Counted from the stretch's first letter, positions 54,037-64,000 are shown. The stretch is DNA of 64,000 nucleotides from an uncultured Anaerolineaceae bacterium (GCA_964463505.1 CAYXDC010000002.1:28452-92451); one strand, 5' to 3'. Notes: generated by a model not told the origin, from the letters alone. Made by a program: numbers and translations.

Positions 54037-57000
54037 ATGTCCTTTGTCCATTTGCATGTCCATTCTGAATACTCACTGCTGGATGGTTTTAGCGATATCA
54101 AGAAACTGGTAGCGCGCGCCAAGGAAATGGAAATGCCCGCTCTGGCGCTGACCGATCACGGTACCATGTTTGGGGTGATCGATTTTTTCAACACAGCCAC
54201 TAAAGCCGGGATCAAGCCAATTATTGGTGTGGAAGCATATATGGCAGCGCGCACAATGAAGGACCGCGATCCGCAGTTTGATAAACGTTCATCCCATTTG
54301 CTGTTGCTGGCTGAAAATGAGATCGGTTATAAGAACCTGCTGCAGATTGCCAGCACTGCCCAAATTGATGGTTTTTACTACTACCCGCGAGTTGATCACG
54401 AATTCCTCGCCCAACACGCCGAAGGCATAATTTGCACCTCTGGTTGTATGTCCGCTGAAGTGCCGCGCATGATCCAGAACGAGAAGCTGGATTCCGCCCG
54501 GCGTACCCTGGATTGGTACTATGAGGTGTTTGGGCCGGAGCGCTTCTTCCTTGAACTTCAGCAACATGATATCAAAGAGTTAGATCGGATCAACCAACAG
54601 CTCCTGGATTTGGGACACCGCTATGATGCCCGCTTTGTGGCTACCAATGACGTGCATTATGTGGATAAGGAAGATGCTCGCTACCAGGATATCATGCTAG
54701 CGATCCAGACCGGTACGCTGCTCAGTGATCCAAATCGTATGCGCATGACCGGCCCATCCTATTACTTGCGCAGCCCGCAAGAGATGGGACAATTGTTTGC
54801 CGAAGTACCGGAAGCCTTGAGTAATACGCTCCTGATCGCTGAGCGCTGCAATGTGGATCTTAGCTTCAAGGGCTATCATCTGCCCGAATTCGATGTGCCT
54901 GAAGGCTGCACACCGGAAACCTATTTAGGTGACCTGTGCGAGAAAGGCCTGGAAAAGCGCTTTGGCTCTCGGGCAAGCGATCCTGTATATCGCCAACGCC
55001 TGGAATACGAGCTTAAGATTATCCACCAGATGGGCTTTGATACCTATTTCCTGATTGTATGGGATCTCTGCCGCTATGCAAGAGAGCAGGGAATCTGGTA
55101 CAACGCCCGTGGTTCCGCAGCAGGCTCGATTGTGGCGTACGCGCTGGATATTACGATTGTAGATCCAATTGAGCACGGCCTGATCTTTGAGCGCTTCCTG
55201 AACCCTGGGCGTATTTCCATGCCAGATATTGACCTGGATTTTCGTGATGACCGGCGGAGTGAGATGTTGCAATATACTGCCCGCCGTTATGGAAATGATA
55301 AAGTCGCCCAGATCATTACTTTCGGCACCCTTGGGGCACGCGCGGCCATCCGTGATGTGGGTCGCGTCATGGATGTTCCATTGAGTGAAGTGGATCGGGT
55401 TGCCAAAACGATCCCCAATATTCCTGGCAAGCCCATTAAGATAGACGAAGCTCTGGAGGAAATTACCGAACTGAAGGAGCTATACAACTCTGCCCCGTAT
55501 CTAAGGGAATTAATTGACACCGCCAAGCACGTGGAAGGTGTGGTGCGCAACGCTGGCACACACGCCGCCGGGGTGATTATTACCGATAAACCCACGATCG
55601 AATATATCCCCCTGCACCGGCCTACCGGCAGCTCGGCAGAAGACAGCCCGGTCAAGACAGTCACCCAATTTGAGATGCAAGTTCTTGACTCATTAGGTTT
55701 GCTCAAAGTAGACTTCCTAGGCCTGGCGACACTGACAATTATGGCGCGTGCCTGTGATCTGATCTGCCAGCGCCATGGAATTGAGTTTAATCTCACTAAC
55801 ATACCAATCGATGATCCAGCTACTTTTGAGCTGCTCGGGCGCGGTGAGACTGCTGGGGTCTTCCAGGTAGAAGGCTCAGGTATGCGGCGCTACCTGATGC
55901 AGATGAAGCCCAAAGAACTGGCGAATGTAATCGCCATGGTGGCGCTTTTCCGCCCGGGCCCGATGGAGTTTATTCCGGGCTATATTCGCCGCATGCATGG
56001 TGAAGAAGAAGTTACCTTCAAGCACCCCTCTCTCGAATCGATCTTTGGGGAAACCTACGGATACCCGGTTTACCAAGAGCAGCTCATGTTCGCAGTGATG
56101 CAGTTGGCAGGCTACACTGCGCCTGAGGCAGACGATTTGCGCAAGGCGGTGTCCAAAAAGCAGAAAGAAAAACTGGGAGATCACCGCCAGAAATTCATTA
56201 CGGGCGCCGTTGCTAATGGGATTGCCGAGCAAACCGCCAGTGAGATCTTCTCTGAATGGGAGGAGTTTGCCCGTTACGGCTTCAACAAGGCGCATGCTGC
56301 CGATTATGGGGTCATTGCAGTTCAAACTGGCTATCTAAAAGCGCATTATCCCGTTGAATATATGACCGCTTTATTATCGGTCAACCAGAATGACACCAGT
56401 AAGGTTGCATTATATGTCGCAGATTGCCGGCGCATGGGGATTGCCGTGGAACCGCCCGATATCAACTGCAGTGGTTGGGATTTCACCATCGAAGATCATG
56501 CAGAAGGTAGTTCTACCATTCGCTTTGGTCTGGGTGCGGTGAAAAATGTTGGGCAGAGCCCGGTCAATATCATTCTGGAAGAGCGTTCCCATGGACCATT
56601 TGCGGATTTAAATGACTTTGTCCGGCGGGTGGATCTGCGTCATGTTGGCCGCCGTGCGCTGGAATGTCTTGTAAAAGTAGGCGCGCTGGATTCTTTCGGC
56701 AACCGACCAGCACTGCTTGAATCGCTCGACCGTATCACCGCGGTCAGCGCAGCTCGATTTAGGGCCAAGGAGTCGGGTCAGCTTAGTCTGTTTGGCGCCC
56801 AAACTGGTGTTGAGGAAGAGCTAAGCCTGCCTCCTGTAAATGGGGAGATCAGCCGCCGGGAAGTACTGAATTGGGAGCGTGAGCTGATCGGCTTGTATGT
56901 CTCGGACCATCCACTCAGCCCGATTATGGCTGAATTGACTCAAGCTGTCACGCATTTTTCAGGCCAGCTCTCGGAGGCTGCCCATGATGAGAAGGTGCGC

Positions 57001-58059
57001 GTGGCGGGCTTGATTGTGCGCATCCGCCACCACCAGAGCAAAGCCGGCAAGCCGATGGGATTTGTGACGATCGAAGACTTGCAGGGTACGGTTGAGCTGG
57101 TAGTTTTTCCACGTACCTGGGCTGAGTATAGTGAGTTGATCGATTATGATCGCATTGTCCTCGTGGATGGGAAAGTGGATGCCCAGGGCGCTGAGCCAAA
57201 AATCCTGGTAGACCGCATGACCACCGAATTTTCGATGGTTTCTCCTCTTGAACCCACTCCGGGCCTAGGCCACAATAATCACCCGCGTTATCCGGTGCCT
57301 GAGGAGGATCCAGAAGGTTTTACAGACGAGGAACCCGCTCCAGCGGTATATGAGAAACTCAACCCCTACCAGCCTGAAATTTCCAAGAATTTGCCTGCCG
57401 TAGAACTTGATGACGCCTGGGACGAGGATGGTCCTCCTCCACCGGATGCTTTTGCGCCTGGTCTGGAGTATGGCGGCTACGTGACCGATCTGCACCTGGT
57501 TAATCCTGTTGAGGAAACCTTTGCATCTGCCAGTACACTGGCAGATGACCCATCTACCTCAGCACTTAAATCGCCTGAACAGCAAAGTGATCCGGTTGAG
57601 ATCCCGGCAGAATTACCAGCAGAGTTGCCGGTGATCTCAGCGCCGCAATCCAAACTTGTGGTTGAGTCTGCCCCCATCTCTGTATCTGCTAAGCCAGAAA
57701 TTCCCCCCGTGGTTCTTGATCCTGCCCAAATTAGTCGGGAGGAACCTTTAGCTGAAAGACCCGCCTATCTGGTATCTCCGGTCATTCCACAGTCGGAGGG
57801 CAACGTTCGTATGCTGACTATTGTCCTGCGCTCCACAGGTGATAAAACCCGCGACGTGCTTCGTTTGCGACGTATCCACGGGATTGCGACCAGCTATCCG
57901 GGCAATGATCGGTTTGCCTTCCGTGTCTTTGAGCGCAATCGGGGATATTTACTGGAATTTCCCAATCATACGATTGGGATTTGTGCAGAACTGAGTACCC
58001 GTCTCAGTGCATTACTGGGAGCAGAACAAATCAGTATAGAACCGATTACCTTCCAATAG
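54037..58059 (+). CDS. dnaE: DNA polymerase III alpha subunit
   Basis: FVHLHVHSEYSLLDG PHP, ALTDHG, GRISMPDIDLDF, HAAGV, LKVDFLGL, YGFNKAH, YVSDHPL, OB fold. Confidence 0.98.
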   Translation: MSFVHLHVHSEYSLLDGFSDIKKLVARAKEMEMPALALTDHGTMFGVIDFFNTATKAGIKPIIGVEAYMAARTMKDRDPQFDKRSSHLLLLAENEIGYKNLLQIASTAQIDGFYYYPRVDHEFLAQHAEGIICTSGCMSAEVPRMIQNEKLDSARRTLDWYYEVFGPERFFLELQQHDIKELDRINQQLLDLGHRYDARFVATNDVHYVDKEDARYQDIMLAIQTGTLLSDPNRMRMTGPSYYLRSPQEMGQLFAEVPEALSNTLLIAERCNVDLSFKGYHLPEFDVPEGCTPETYLGDLCEKGLEKRFGSRASDPVYRQRLEYELKIIHQMGFDTYFLIVWDLCRYAREQGIWYNARGSAAGSIVAYALDITIVDPIEHGLIFERFLNPGRISMPDIDLDFRDDRRSEMLQYTARRYGNDKVAQIITFGTLGARAAIRDVGRVMDVPLSEVDRVAKTIPNIPGKPIKIDEALEEITELKELYNSAPYLRELIDTAKHVEGVVRNAGTHAAGVIITDKPTIEYIPLHRPTGSSAEDSPVKTVTQFEMQVLDSLGLLKVDFLGLATLTIMARACDLICQRHGIEFNLTNIPIDDPATFELLGRGETAGVFQVEGSGMRRYLMQMKPKELANVIAMVALFRPGPMEFIPGYIRRMHGEEEVTFKHPSLESIFGETYGYPVYQEQLMFAVMQLAGYTAPEADDLRKAVSKKQKEKLGDHRQKFITGAVANGIAEQTASEIFSEWEEFARYGFNKAHAADYGVIAVQTGYLKAHYPVEYMTALLSVNQNDTSKVALYVADCRRMGIAVEPPDINCSGWDFTIEDHAEGSSTIRFGLGAVKNVGQSPVNIILEERSHGPFADLNDFVRRVDLRHVGRRALECLVKVGALDSFGNRPALLESLDRITAVSAARFRAKESGQLSLFGAQTGVEEELSLPPVNGEISRREVLNWERELIGLYVSDHPLSPIMAELTQAVTHFSGQLSEAAHDEKVRVAGLIVRIRHHQSKAGKPMGFVTIEDLQGTVELVVFPRTWAEYSELIDYDRIVLVDGKVDAQGAEPKILVDRMTTEFSMVSPLEPTPGLGHNNHPRYPVPEEDPEGFTDEEPAPAVYEKLNPYQPEISKNLPAVELDDAWDEDGPPPPDAFAPGLEYGGYVTDLHLVNPVEETFASASTLADDPSTSALKSPEQQSDPVEIPAELPAELPVISAPQSKLVVESAPISVSAKPEIPPVVLDPAQISREEPLAERPAYLVSPVIPQSEGNVRMLTIVLRSTGDKTRDVLRLRRIHGIATSYPGNDRFAFRVFERNRGYLLEFPNHTIGICAELSTRLSALLGAEQISIEPITFQ

Positions 58060-58074
58060 ATCTGTATTGGATAG

Positions 58075-58110
58075 AAACCGCCGGAGGCATCGTTTAGCCT
58101 CCGGCGGTTT
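58075..58110. terminator. Bidirectional intrinsic terminator between convergent dnaE and pfk
   Basis: 14-bp perfect stem AAACCGCCGGAGGC / GCCTCCGGCGGTTT, 8-nt loop, T-runs on both strands. Confidence 0.85.
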
Positions 58111-58142
58111 TGGTTTATATCAAAATGCAGCGACTGCCAGTT

Positions 58143-59345
58143 TTATTCAGAAGTCATGATGAATAGAGGCTTCATTTCAAAGCTCTTGTAGAACGGGCGC
58201 AAACGCTCAGTATTGTAGTGCAGACCTACATTGACAGTCTTTTTCGAGGCGGTCACGACATCGATGGGCATATTGTCGTAACGTCCATTTTTAAGGACTA
58301 CCAGCCGTCCATGGATGCCCTGCAGGATTAAGTCCAAAGCCAGGTTTCCGTAAGCCATTGGAACAATCGAGTCGATGGCGTCTGGATCACCGCCGCGCAC
58401 CATGTAACCCAATTTCTGATTAATCGTGTTGACTTGCACCCCATTGTTATATTTAGCCGAGCGCACCTTCAGTTCTTCTGACACTAAATCACCAATACCA
58501 CCCAGCTTGGCATGCCCGTAAGCATCCGTCGATTTGTCTTGGAAGACCATTTCACCGCCTTCAAACATGGCGCCTTCGGAAATGAGAACCACCGAATAGT
58601 GGCTGGGATTATGTTCGCGGTCTTCTACCAGGAGCTGGGCGAGCAGGTCGATATTAAATTTGTGCTCGGGGATCACACAGCGATTAGCCGCTCCAGCCAT
58701 GGTGGGTAGCATAGCAGTGAAGCCGGCATAACGCCCAAAGACTTCCAGCACCAGTAGGCGTTCATGCGAGCCGGCGATGGTGCGCAGGCTGTTGGTCATC
58801 TGGATCGTGCGCGTCACGCAGGTGCTGAAGCCGATGCAGTAATCGGTGCCCGGTACGTCATTGTCCATCGTTTTGGGGATTGCAACCACTTTTAAGCCCT
58901 GCTTATATAGGTGCACACCATAGCTTAAGGTGTCATCGCCTCCGATCGGAATCAGGTAGTCGATGCCCAGGTAACCCAGGTTTTTGATCACTTCAGGAGT
59001 CAGATCATTCATTTCCTGGTCGTAGGTCTCTTGCAGGTGCTCTGGGACAGCGGCTTTAGGGACACGGCTGGGGCGAGTGCGCGAGGTATGTAAGAAGGTA
59101 CCTCCTGTTCGACCTGCCTTATTCACGATCTCCTCAGTCAGGATCTGGCAATTCCGGCTATTATCTACCTTGGGATCGCGAATGACTTCAATGATACCGG
59201 CCCAACCGCGCCTCAGACCAACAACTTGATAGCCTTCGCGCAAGGCGCGGATTGTCACCGCCCGGATTGCCGGGTTCAATCCCGGTACGTCACCGCCACC
59301 GGTCAGGATGCCGATGCGGCCTTTGATTTTATTTACGTTAGCCAT
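58143..59345 (-). CDS. pfkA: 6-phosphofructokinase, predicted PPi-dependent type
   Basis: LTGGGDVPGLN, GGTFLHTSR, GGDDT, PKTMDND, EVFGRYAG, LGYMVRGG. ATG 59345 after GGAGGA. Confidence 0.92.
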   Translation of the reverse strand: MANVNKIKGRIGILTGGGDVPGLNPAIRAVTIRALREGYQVVGLRRGWAGIIEVIRDPKVDNSRNCQILTEEIVNKAGRTGGTFLHTSRTRPSRVPKAAVPEHLQETYDQEMNDLTPEVIKNLGYLGIDYLIPIGGDDTLSYGVHLYKQGLKVVAIPKTMDNDVPGTDYCIGFSTCVTRTIQMTNSLRTIAGSHERLLVLEVFGRYAGFTAMLPTMAGAANRCVIPEHKFNIDLLAQLLVEDREHNPSHYSVVLISEGAMFEGGEMVFQDKSTDAYGHAKLGGIGDLVSEELKVRSAKYNNGVQVNTINQKLGYMVRGGDPDAIDSIVPMAYGNLALDLILQGIHGRLVVLKNGRYDNMPIDVVTASKKTVNVGLHYNTERLRPFYKSFEMKPLFIMTSE

Positions 59346-59390
59346 TTTAATCCTCCGAAAAAATAAATGCATAAAACCGTCTAATCGGTT

Positions 59391-61070
59391 CTATATCCAG
59401 TTGGGTTCCTCGTAAGTACCATAAACACTCTTCATTACGGCTATGATCTCACCCAGGGTGGCGTATGCGCCCACCGCGTCTAACAGGTGTGGCATGGTGT
59501 TTTCCGTCCCCTGGCAGGCGATGCGCAGCCTATCCAACGCCTGGCCCACATGACCGGCATCACGTTGCTGGCGAAGATCTTCCAAGCGCCCGATCTGGCG
59601 ACGGTATCCATCGGGGTCCATTTCCAGAATGGGAATTCGCACCGGGCTGCGATCCTGGTAAGCATTGACGCCCACGATCCGGCGTGTATTCTCATCAATC
59701 TCTTTCTGGTAGCGGTATGCGGCGTCGGCAATCTCGGTTTGGAAGAAGCCCTTGTCAATGGCGGGCAGCATCCCACCCAGGGCTTCGATACGCCGGAAGT
59801 AATCATATGCCTGGGCTTCAATACGATTGGTCTGGCTTTCGATGAAAAAGGAGCCGCCCAGCGGATCGACGGTATTGGTCACCCCGGATTCTTCAGCGAT
59901 AACCTGCTGTGTGCGTAAAGCAACCGTCACAGCATGTTCAGAAGGCAATGCCAGGGCTTCATCCATGCTGTTGGTGTGCAGGGACTGTGTACCGCCCAGG
60001 ACCGCTGCCAGAGCCTGGATGGCCACACGCACGATATTGATCTCAGGTTGTTGGGCCGTCAGGCTTACTCCAGCAGTCTGAGTATGGAAGCGCATCAACC
60101 AGGAGCGTGGATTGCGCGCTTTGAAAGTCTCACGCATTTCATGAGCCCAGATACGCCGGGCGGCTCGATATTTAGCGATTTCTTCGAAGAAATCGTTATG
60201 GGCATTGAAGAAAAAGGACAGGCGCGGGGCAAAGTCATCTACATCCAGTCCACGGGCAATACACCAGCGCACATATTCCAGCCCGTCTGCCAGGGTGAAA
60301 GCCAATTCCTGGGCTGCGGTGGAGCCAGCTTCGCGGATATGGTAGCCTGAAATGCTCACCGGATTCCACTGTGGAACTTGCTGGGCACCGAATTCGATGG
60401 TATCCACCACCAGGCGCATGGAAGGCTCGGGGGGGAAGATGTATTCTTTTTGGGCAATGTATTCTTTGAGAATATCATTCTGAGTTGTACCGCGCAGCTG
60501 GCTGGGGTGCACCCCTTGCTTTTCGGCGGTGGCAATATACATGGCCCAGATAATTGCTGCAGGGGAATTGATCGTCATGCTGGTCGATACTTTGTCCAGC
60601 GGAATGTCTGCCAGCAGGATTTCCATATCACGCAAGGAGCTAACCGCTACGCCGCATTTACCAAATTCGCCCAGCGCTTCGGGAGAGTCTGTATCGTAGC
60701 CCATCAGGGTGGGCAGGTCAAAAGCGATCGAAAGCCCGGTCTGGCCCTGCTCGAGCAGGTATTTGAAGCGAGCGTTGGTTTCCTCGGCTGTCCCAAAGCC
60801 AGCGAACATCCGCATGGTCCACAGCCGACTGCGGTGTAAGGTGGGGTGAATGCCACGCGTGAAAGGGTATTCGCCTGGCAAGCCCAGATCTTTTGAGTAA
60901 TCCAGATCGGCTACATCCAGGGGTGTGTACAGGCGATCTACGGTTTCGGATGATGTAGTGATGAACTCGGCCAGGCGCTCAGGTAGTCTGGAAAGGCTTT
61001 GCGGGAGAGTAGTCTCTTCCCATTGCTCGAGTTCCTGGCGCAATTCGGCAAGCTTCTTATGGTCGTACAT
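59391..61070 (-). CDS. B12-dependent acyl-CoA mutase large (substrate-binding) subunit; residues indicate isobutyryl-CoA mutase type
   Basis: [73 protein letters not shown]. No B12 domain. ATG 61070 after GGAGG. Confidence 0.92.
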   Translation of the reverse strand: MYDHKKLAELRQELEQWEETTLPQSLSRLPERLAEFITTSSETVDRLYTPLDVADLDYSKDLGLPGEYPFTRGIHPTLHRSRLWTMRMFAGFGTAEETNARFKYLLEQGQTGLSIAFDLPTLMGYDTDSPEALGEFGKCGVAVSSLRDMEILLADIPLDKVSTSMTINSPAAIIWAMYIATAEKQGVHPSQLRGTTQNDILKEYIAQKEYIFPPEPSMRLVVDTIEFGAQQVPQWNPVSISGYHIREAGSTAAQELAFTLADGLEYVRWCIARGLDVDDFAPRLSFFFNAHNDFFEEIAKYRAARRIWAHEMRETFKARNPRSWLMRFHTQTAGVSLTAQQPEINIVRVAIQALAAVLGGTQSLHTNSMDEALALPSEHAVTVALRTQQVIAEESGVTNTVDPLGGSFFIESQTNRIEAQAYDYFRRIEALGGMLPAIDKGFFQTEIADAAYRYQKEIDENTRRIVGVNAYQDRSPVRIPILEMDPDGYRRQIGRLEDLRQQRDAGHVGQALDRLRIACQGTENTMPHLLDAVGAYATLGEIIAVMKSVYGTYEEPNWI

Positions 61071-61217
61071 ATTTACCTCCACTGGCGCGACCCAAGGCGT
61101 ACGGGGAAGGATTTGGTGCAGCTATCTGCTGTCCGTCAGGAGAACCGGTCCTCACTACCGCCTGAGCAATCAGAAAACAAAGCAAACTGCAAGCCAAATT
61201 GAATTTCCTGCCGCAAA

Positions 61218-61226
61218 ATTATAGCA
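61218..61226 (-). promoter_or_regulatory. Extended -10 promoter TGCTATAAT for the mutase large subunit
   Basis: Plus-strand ATTATAGCA at 61218-61226. Confidence 0.5.
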
Positions 61227-61263
61227 CGTTCGCCCAAATTCATCTCAAAAGGCCTTAGATGTA

Positions 61264-61452
61264 TAGGGTAATCGCATTTCAAACCGAGAGCACCTTAAGC
61301 AAGTACTCTTCGTCCCAACCAGCTTGTAGGCGCTTAGCCTGGATGCCCACTTTCGCTGACTTTTCTTGCTTCAGCATGTTGAGCACCATATGGCGCAATA
61401 TTGCGAAGTTAGCCGGTGCGTGATCTTTACGAACACGGCTGACATCTTCCCG
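61264..61452 (-). mobile_element. ISAs1-family (H-repeat) transposase 3' remnant with a degenerate right end
   Basis: Minus strand 61452-61279 translates [57 protein letters not shown], the characteristic ISAs1 C-terminus. It is followed by ATGCGATTACCCTA, resembling ISAs1 right ends (ATGCGATTGCCCTG as recalled). Confidence 0.85.
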
Positions 61453-61647
61453 CCTATGGCTTTTTATTAAACTAGATAAAACTTACACACCTGGTTGGAG
61501 GATCGTCCCCGATTAATCTTGGGCTACGTAACTCCTGTGATTATTAAAGCAATCCTATCCGAGCACGTGTGAATGTGGTTTAATCCATGAGGCGGGTAAA
61601 GGCTGGCTGCCTATACCTGCACCGAAAATAAACAAAGGAGTTCCATT

Positions 61648-62946
61648 GTGAATTTTGAAAAAATCTGCGTGCTCGGGCTGGGCTATATCGGCCTGCCGAC
61701 AGCCAGCACATTCGCCACGCAAGGATTAAAAGTCATCGGAGTGGATGTTAACCCACAGGTTGTGGAAACCCTGCGCACGGGTGGGCTGCACATCCATGAG
61801 CCTGGCTTGCGCACCCTGGTGCAGGCCGCATTGGGCTCGGGCAACCTGACCATCAACCAGCAGCCTGAAGCTGCGGACGCCTTTATTATCGCTGTGCCAA
61901 CCCCTTTTTACGCCGATAAAAAAGCAGATATGCGCCATGTGGTCGCAGCCGCCGAATCGATTGTGCACTTCCTGCGCCCTGGCAACCTGGTAGTGCTTGA
62001 ATCGACCTCGCCGCCGCGCACCACCATTGACCTGCTGGCGCCCATCCTGGAGCGCAGCGGCTTAAAGGCCGGCGACGGGCGCTCTGATCAAGGCTTCTTA
62101 CTGGCTTACTCACCTGAACGGGTGCTGCCCGGGCAAATCCTGCGTGAATTGATCGAAAATGCGCGCGTGATCGGTGGAATCGACCGCGCTTCTGCTGAAG
62201 CCGGGCGCGATCTGTATGGCCTGTTTGTGCGCGGTGAGATCATCCTCACCAACGCCACCACCGCCGAGATGGTCAAATTGATGGAAAACACCTACCGCGA
62301 TGTCAATATTGCCATCGCCAACGAGTTTTCTCTTCTGGCGGCTCGCTTTGGCATTGATGTGTGGGAAGCCATCACAATCGCCAACCGCCACCCGCGCGTG
62401 AAGATTTTAAAACCCGGGCCGGGGGTAGGCGGGCACTGCATCGGCGTTGATCCCTGGTTCCTCGTTGAAGCTGCCCCGGACCTGACCCCCTTGATTCGCA
62501 CGGCGCGCCAGGTGAACGATCGCCAACCCCAGGCGGTGGTGAATTTGATCCGCCAGCAGCTTGGCAACCTGAAGGGGCACCGGATCGCCATCCTCGGTCT
62601 CGCCTATAAGCCGGACGTGGATGATCTGCGCGAGAGTCCCGCAGTAGAAGTTACCCGTGCATTGGTCCACGCCGGCGCGCAGGTGCGGGCATATGAGCCT
62701 TATAAGCTGGATGCCCAGATCCCCGGAGTGCCCAGCGTGAGCACGTTGGATGAAGCCCTGGCAGGCGCTGAGCTGGTTGCACTGCTGGTGGCGCATACAC
62801 CTTTGCGCGAGCTCCAACCGGATGAGTTGCTCAAACGCACCCCTGCCCGGCAGCTTGTGGATGCGGTGAATGGCTGGGCAAACAAAAACTGGGAAGCTGC
62901 CGGGTTCCACCTGGCGCGTTTGGGCGTAGGGGGAGGTGCACAATGA
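61648..62946 (+). CDS. wecC: UDP-N-acetyl-D-mannosamine dehydrogenase (nucleotide sugar dehydrogenase)
   Basis: GLGYIGLPTA, IAVPTP, LESTSPP, SPERVLPG, KLMENTYRDVNIA, PGPGVGGHCI, GLAYKPDVDDLRESP. Confidence 0.93.
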   Translation: MNFEKICVLGLGYIGLPTASTFATQGLKVIGVDVNPQVVETLRTGGLHIHEPGLRTLVQAALGSGNLTINQQPEAADAFIIAVPTPFYADKKADMRHVVAAAESIVHFLRPGNLVVLESTSPPRTTIDLLAPILERSGLKAGDGRSDQGFLLAYSPERVLPGQILRELIENARVIGGIDRASAEAGRDLYGLFVRGEIILTNATTAEMVKLMENTYRDVNIAIANEFSLLAARFGIDVWEAITIANRHPRVKILKPGPGVGGHCIGVDPWFLVEAAPDLTPLIRTARQVNDRQPQAVVNLIRQQLGNLKGHRIAILGLAYKPDVDDLRESPAVEVTRALVHAGAQVRAYEPYKLDAQIPGVPSVSTLDEALAGAELVALLVAHTPLRELQPDELLKRTPARQLVDAVNGWANKNWEAAGFHLARLGVGGGAQ

Positions 62947-64000
62947 AAGCCATGCGCGTGCTCTCCATTTTTGGTACCCGCCCCGAGGCGATCAAGATGG
63001 CGCCTGTCGTGCGTGCTTTGGAGCAAACACCAGGGATTGAATCTTTGGTGTGCGTGACCGCCCAACACCGTGAGATGCTGGACCAGGTGCTCAATCTATT
63101 TCGTATCGTCCCCGATTATGACCTGGACCTGATGCAACCGAACCAGAGTCTGGCGGAATTAACCGCCGCCGTCTTTCTGGGCCTGGACCCAATTCTGGCT
63201 GAAACCCAACCGCATTGGGTGCTGGTGCAGGGCGATACAACCACTGTGATGGCTGCCGCGCTAACTGCCTATTACCGGCGTATCCGCGTGGGGCATGTGG
63301 AAGCCGGCTTGCGCACCGGCGATAAATGGCAGCCTTTCCCGGAGGAGATCAACCGCCGGGTGGCTGGTGTAACCGCGGATTTGCATTTTGCGCCCACACA
63401 GAAATCCCGCCAGAATCTGTTGCGCGAAGGTGTGCCAGATGGAAATATCAGCGTGACAGGCAATCCCGTCATCGATGCCCTGCAGGCCGTGGCGCGCCTG
63501 CCCGTCACCCCGGGCTTCCTGGATCATCTGGCAAGCCTGGGCATCCCTGAGCCATTCCGCTCGCCCGCCAGCCCCGCGGGTCAGCGATCTGGCCCGCGCC
63601 TTATCCTGATAACAGCTCATCGCAGGGAGAATTTTGGCGCGCCTCTCGAAAGTATCTGCGCCGCCTTGCGCAGCCTGGCAGAGACTTATGGCCCCGAGCT
63701 TCACCTGATTTACCCGGTGCATCTCAATCCCAATGTTCAGGAACCAGTGCAGCGCTTGCTGGGTGGTCTGCCGAATATCACCCTGCTACCGCCGTTGGAT
63801 TACCTGCCCATGGTGCACCTGATTAAACAATCTACTTTGTTGTTAACTGATTCGGGCGGCTTACAAGAGGAAGCGCCTGGTCTGGGTGTGCCTGTCCTGG
63901 TGCTACGCGAAGTCACCGAGCGTCCGGAAGGGATTGAGGCAGGTACTGTGCGCCTGGTAGGCACCGAGACCGGTGCGATCGTCCAGGCAGCGCGGCGCTT
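62943..64000 (+). CDS. wecB: UDP-N-acetylglucosamine 2-epimerase (non-hydrolysing), truncated by the window's right edge
   Basis: Own translation from ATG 62943 (ATGA overlap): FGTRPEAIKMAP, TAQHREMLDQ, VQGDTTT, GHVEAGLRT, PFPEEINRR, TAHRREN, TDSGGLQEEAP, TERPEG. Confidence 0.95.
   Translation, partial: MKAMRVLSIFGTRPEAIKMAPVVRALEQTPGIESLVCVTAQHREMLDQVLNLFRIVPDYDLDLMQPNQSLAELTAAVFLGLDPILAETQPHWVLVQGDTTTVMAAALTAYYRRIRVGHVEAGLRTGDKWQPFPEEINRRVAGVTADLHFAPTQKSRQNLLREGVPDGNISVTGNPVIDALQAVARLPVTPGFLDHLASLGIPEPFRSPASPAGQRSGPRLILITAHRRENFGAPLESICAALRSLAETYGPELHLIYPVHLNPNVQEPVQRLLGGLPNITLLPPLDYLPMVHLIKQSTLLLTDSGGLQEEAPGLGVPVLVLREVTERPEGIEAGTVRLVGTETGAIVQAARR

Noticed and set aside
49591-58059. Inteins as the explanation for the long SecA and DnaE
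   Set aside because: No Cys/Ser-start...HN-C/S/T junctions or LAGLIDADG motifs seen in the inserted segments.
61071-61217. About 140-nt leader of the B12 mutase as a possible cobalamin riboswitch
   Set aside because: No B12-box or GGGAA/GCCACTG/AGCCAGAAGACCTG-like elements seen; an Infernal/Rfam scan would be decisive.
1-64000. CRISPR arrays, rRNA, tRNA, prophage or integrase genes
   Set aside because: No regularly spaced repeats, rRNA- or tRNA-like stretches, or phage/integrase motifs found; intergenic gaps are mostly too short.

Overview
Bacterial chromosomal window, most likely Chloroflexota (Anaerolineae-like). This is inferred from gene content: Yip1/ABC/Ig-like module, BTAD-AAA-TPR regulator, greatly enlarged SecA and a split B12 mutase. 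No rRNA, tRNA or CRISPR array was seen. Layout: (i) 1-2.8 kb, a minus-strand Yip1 / MacB-LolD-type ATPase / secreted Ig-like protein operon running off the left edge. (ii) About 3-31 kb, a dense catabolic island in three transcription units: a divergent TIM-barrel + single-barrel MetE-like pair; an IclR-led operon with flavoprotein, GH88, SDR, KdgK, Eda, OYE, CoA-transferase, crotonase, FAH and Zn-dehydrogenase; and a second operon with a consensus sigma70 promoter and LacI-type operator, encoding MtaA-like and UroD-like proteins, three enolase-superfamily enzymes, a NitT/TauT ABC system, a cupin, an NCS1-like permease, two Gfo/Idh/MocA enzymes and LacI. This island is the best candidate for an undescribed pathway. 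(iii) 31-37 kb, a BTAD regulator-DUF166-twin membrane protein operon divergent from a 20-codon sORF and an orphan anti-sigma/STAS pair, with CGTAACG repeats in between. (iv) 37-61 kb, mostly housekeeping and accessory genes, including a truncated GH3 protein, a split isobutyryl-CoA-type mutase with MeaB, prs, mutM, add, a 1381-aa SecA, DnaE with a long acidic linker and a PPi-type Pfk. (v) An ISAs1 remnant just before a wecC-wecB polysaccharide locus that runs off the right edge. All family calls come from motif recognition by eye; no database search was run.
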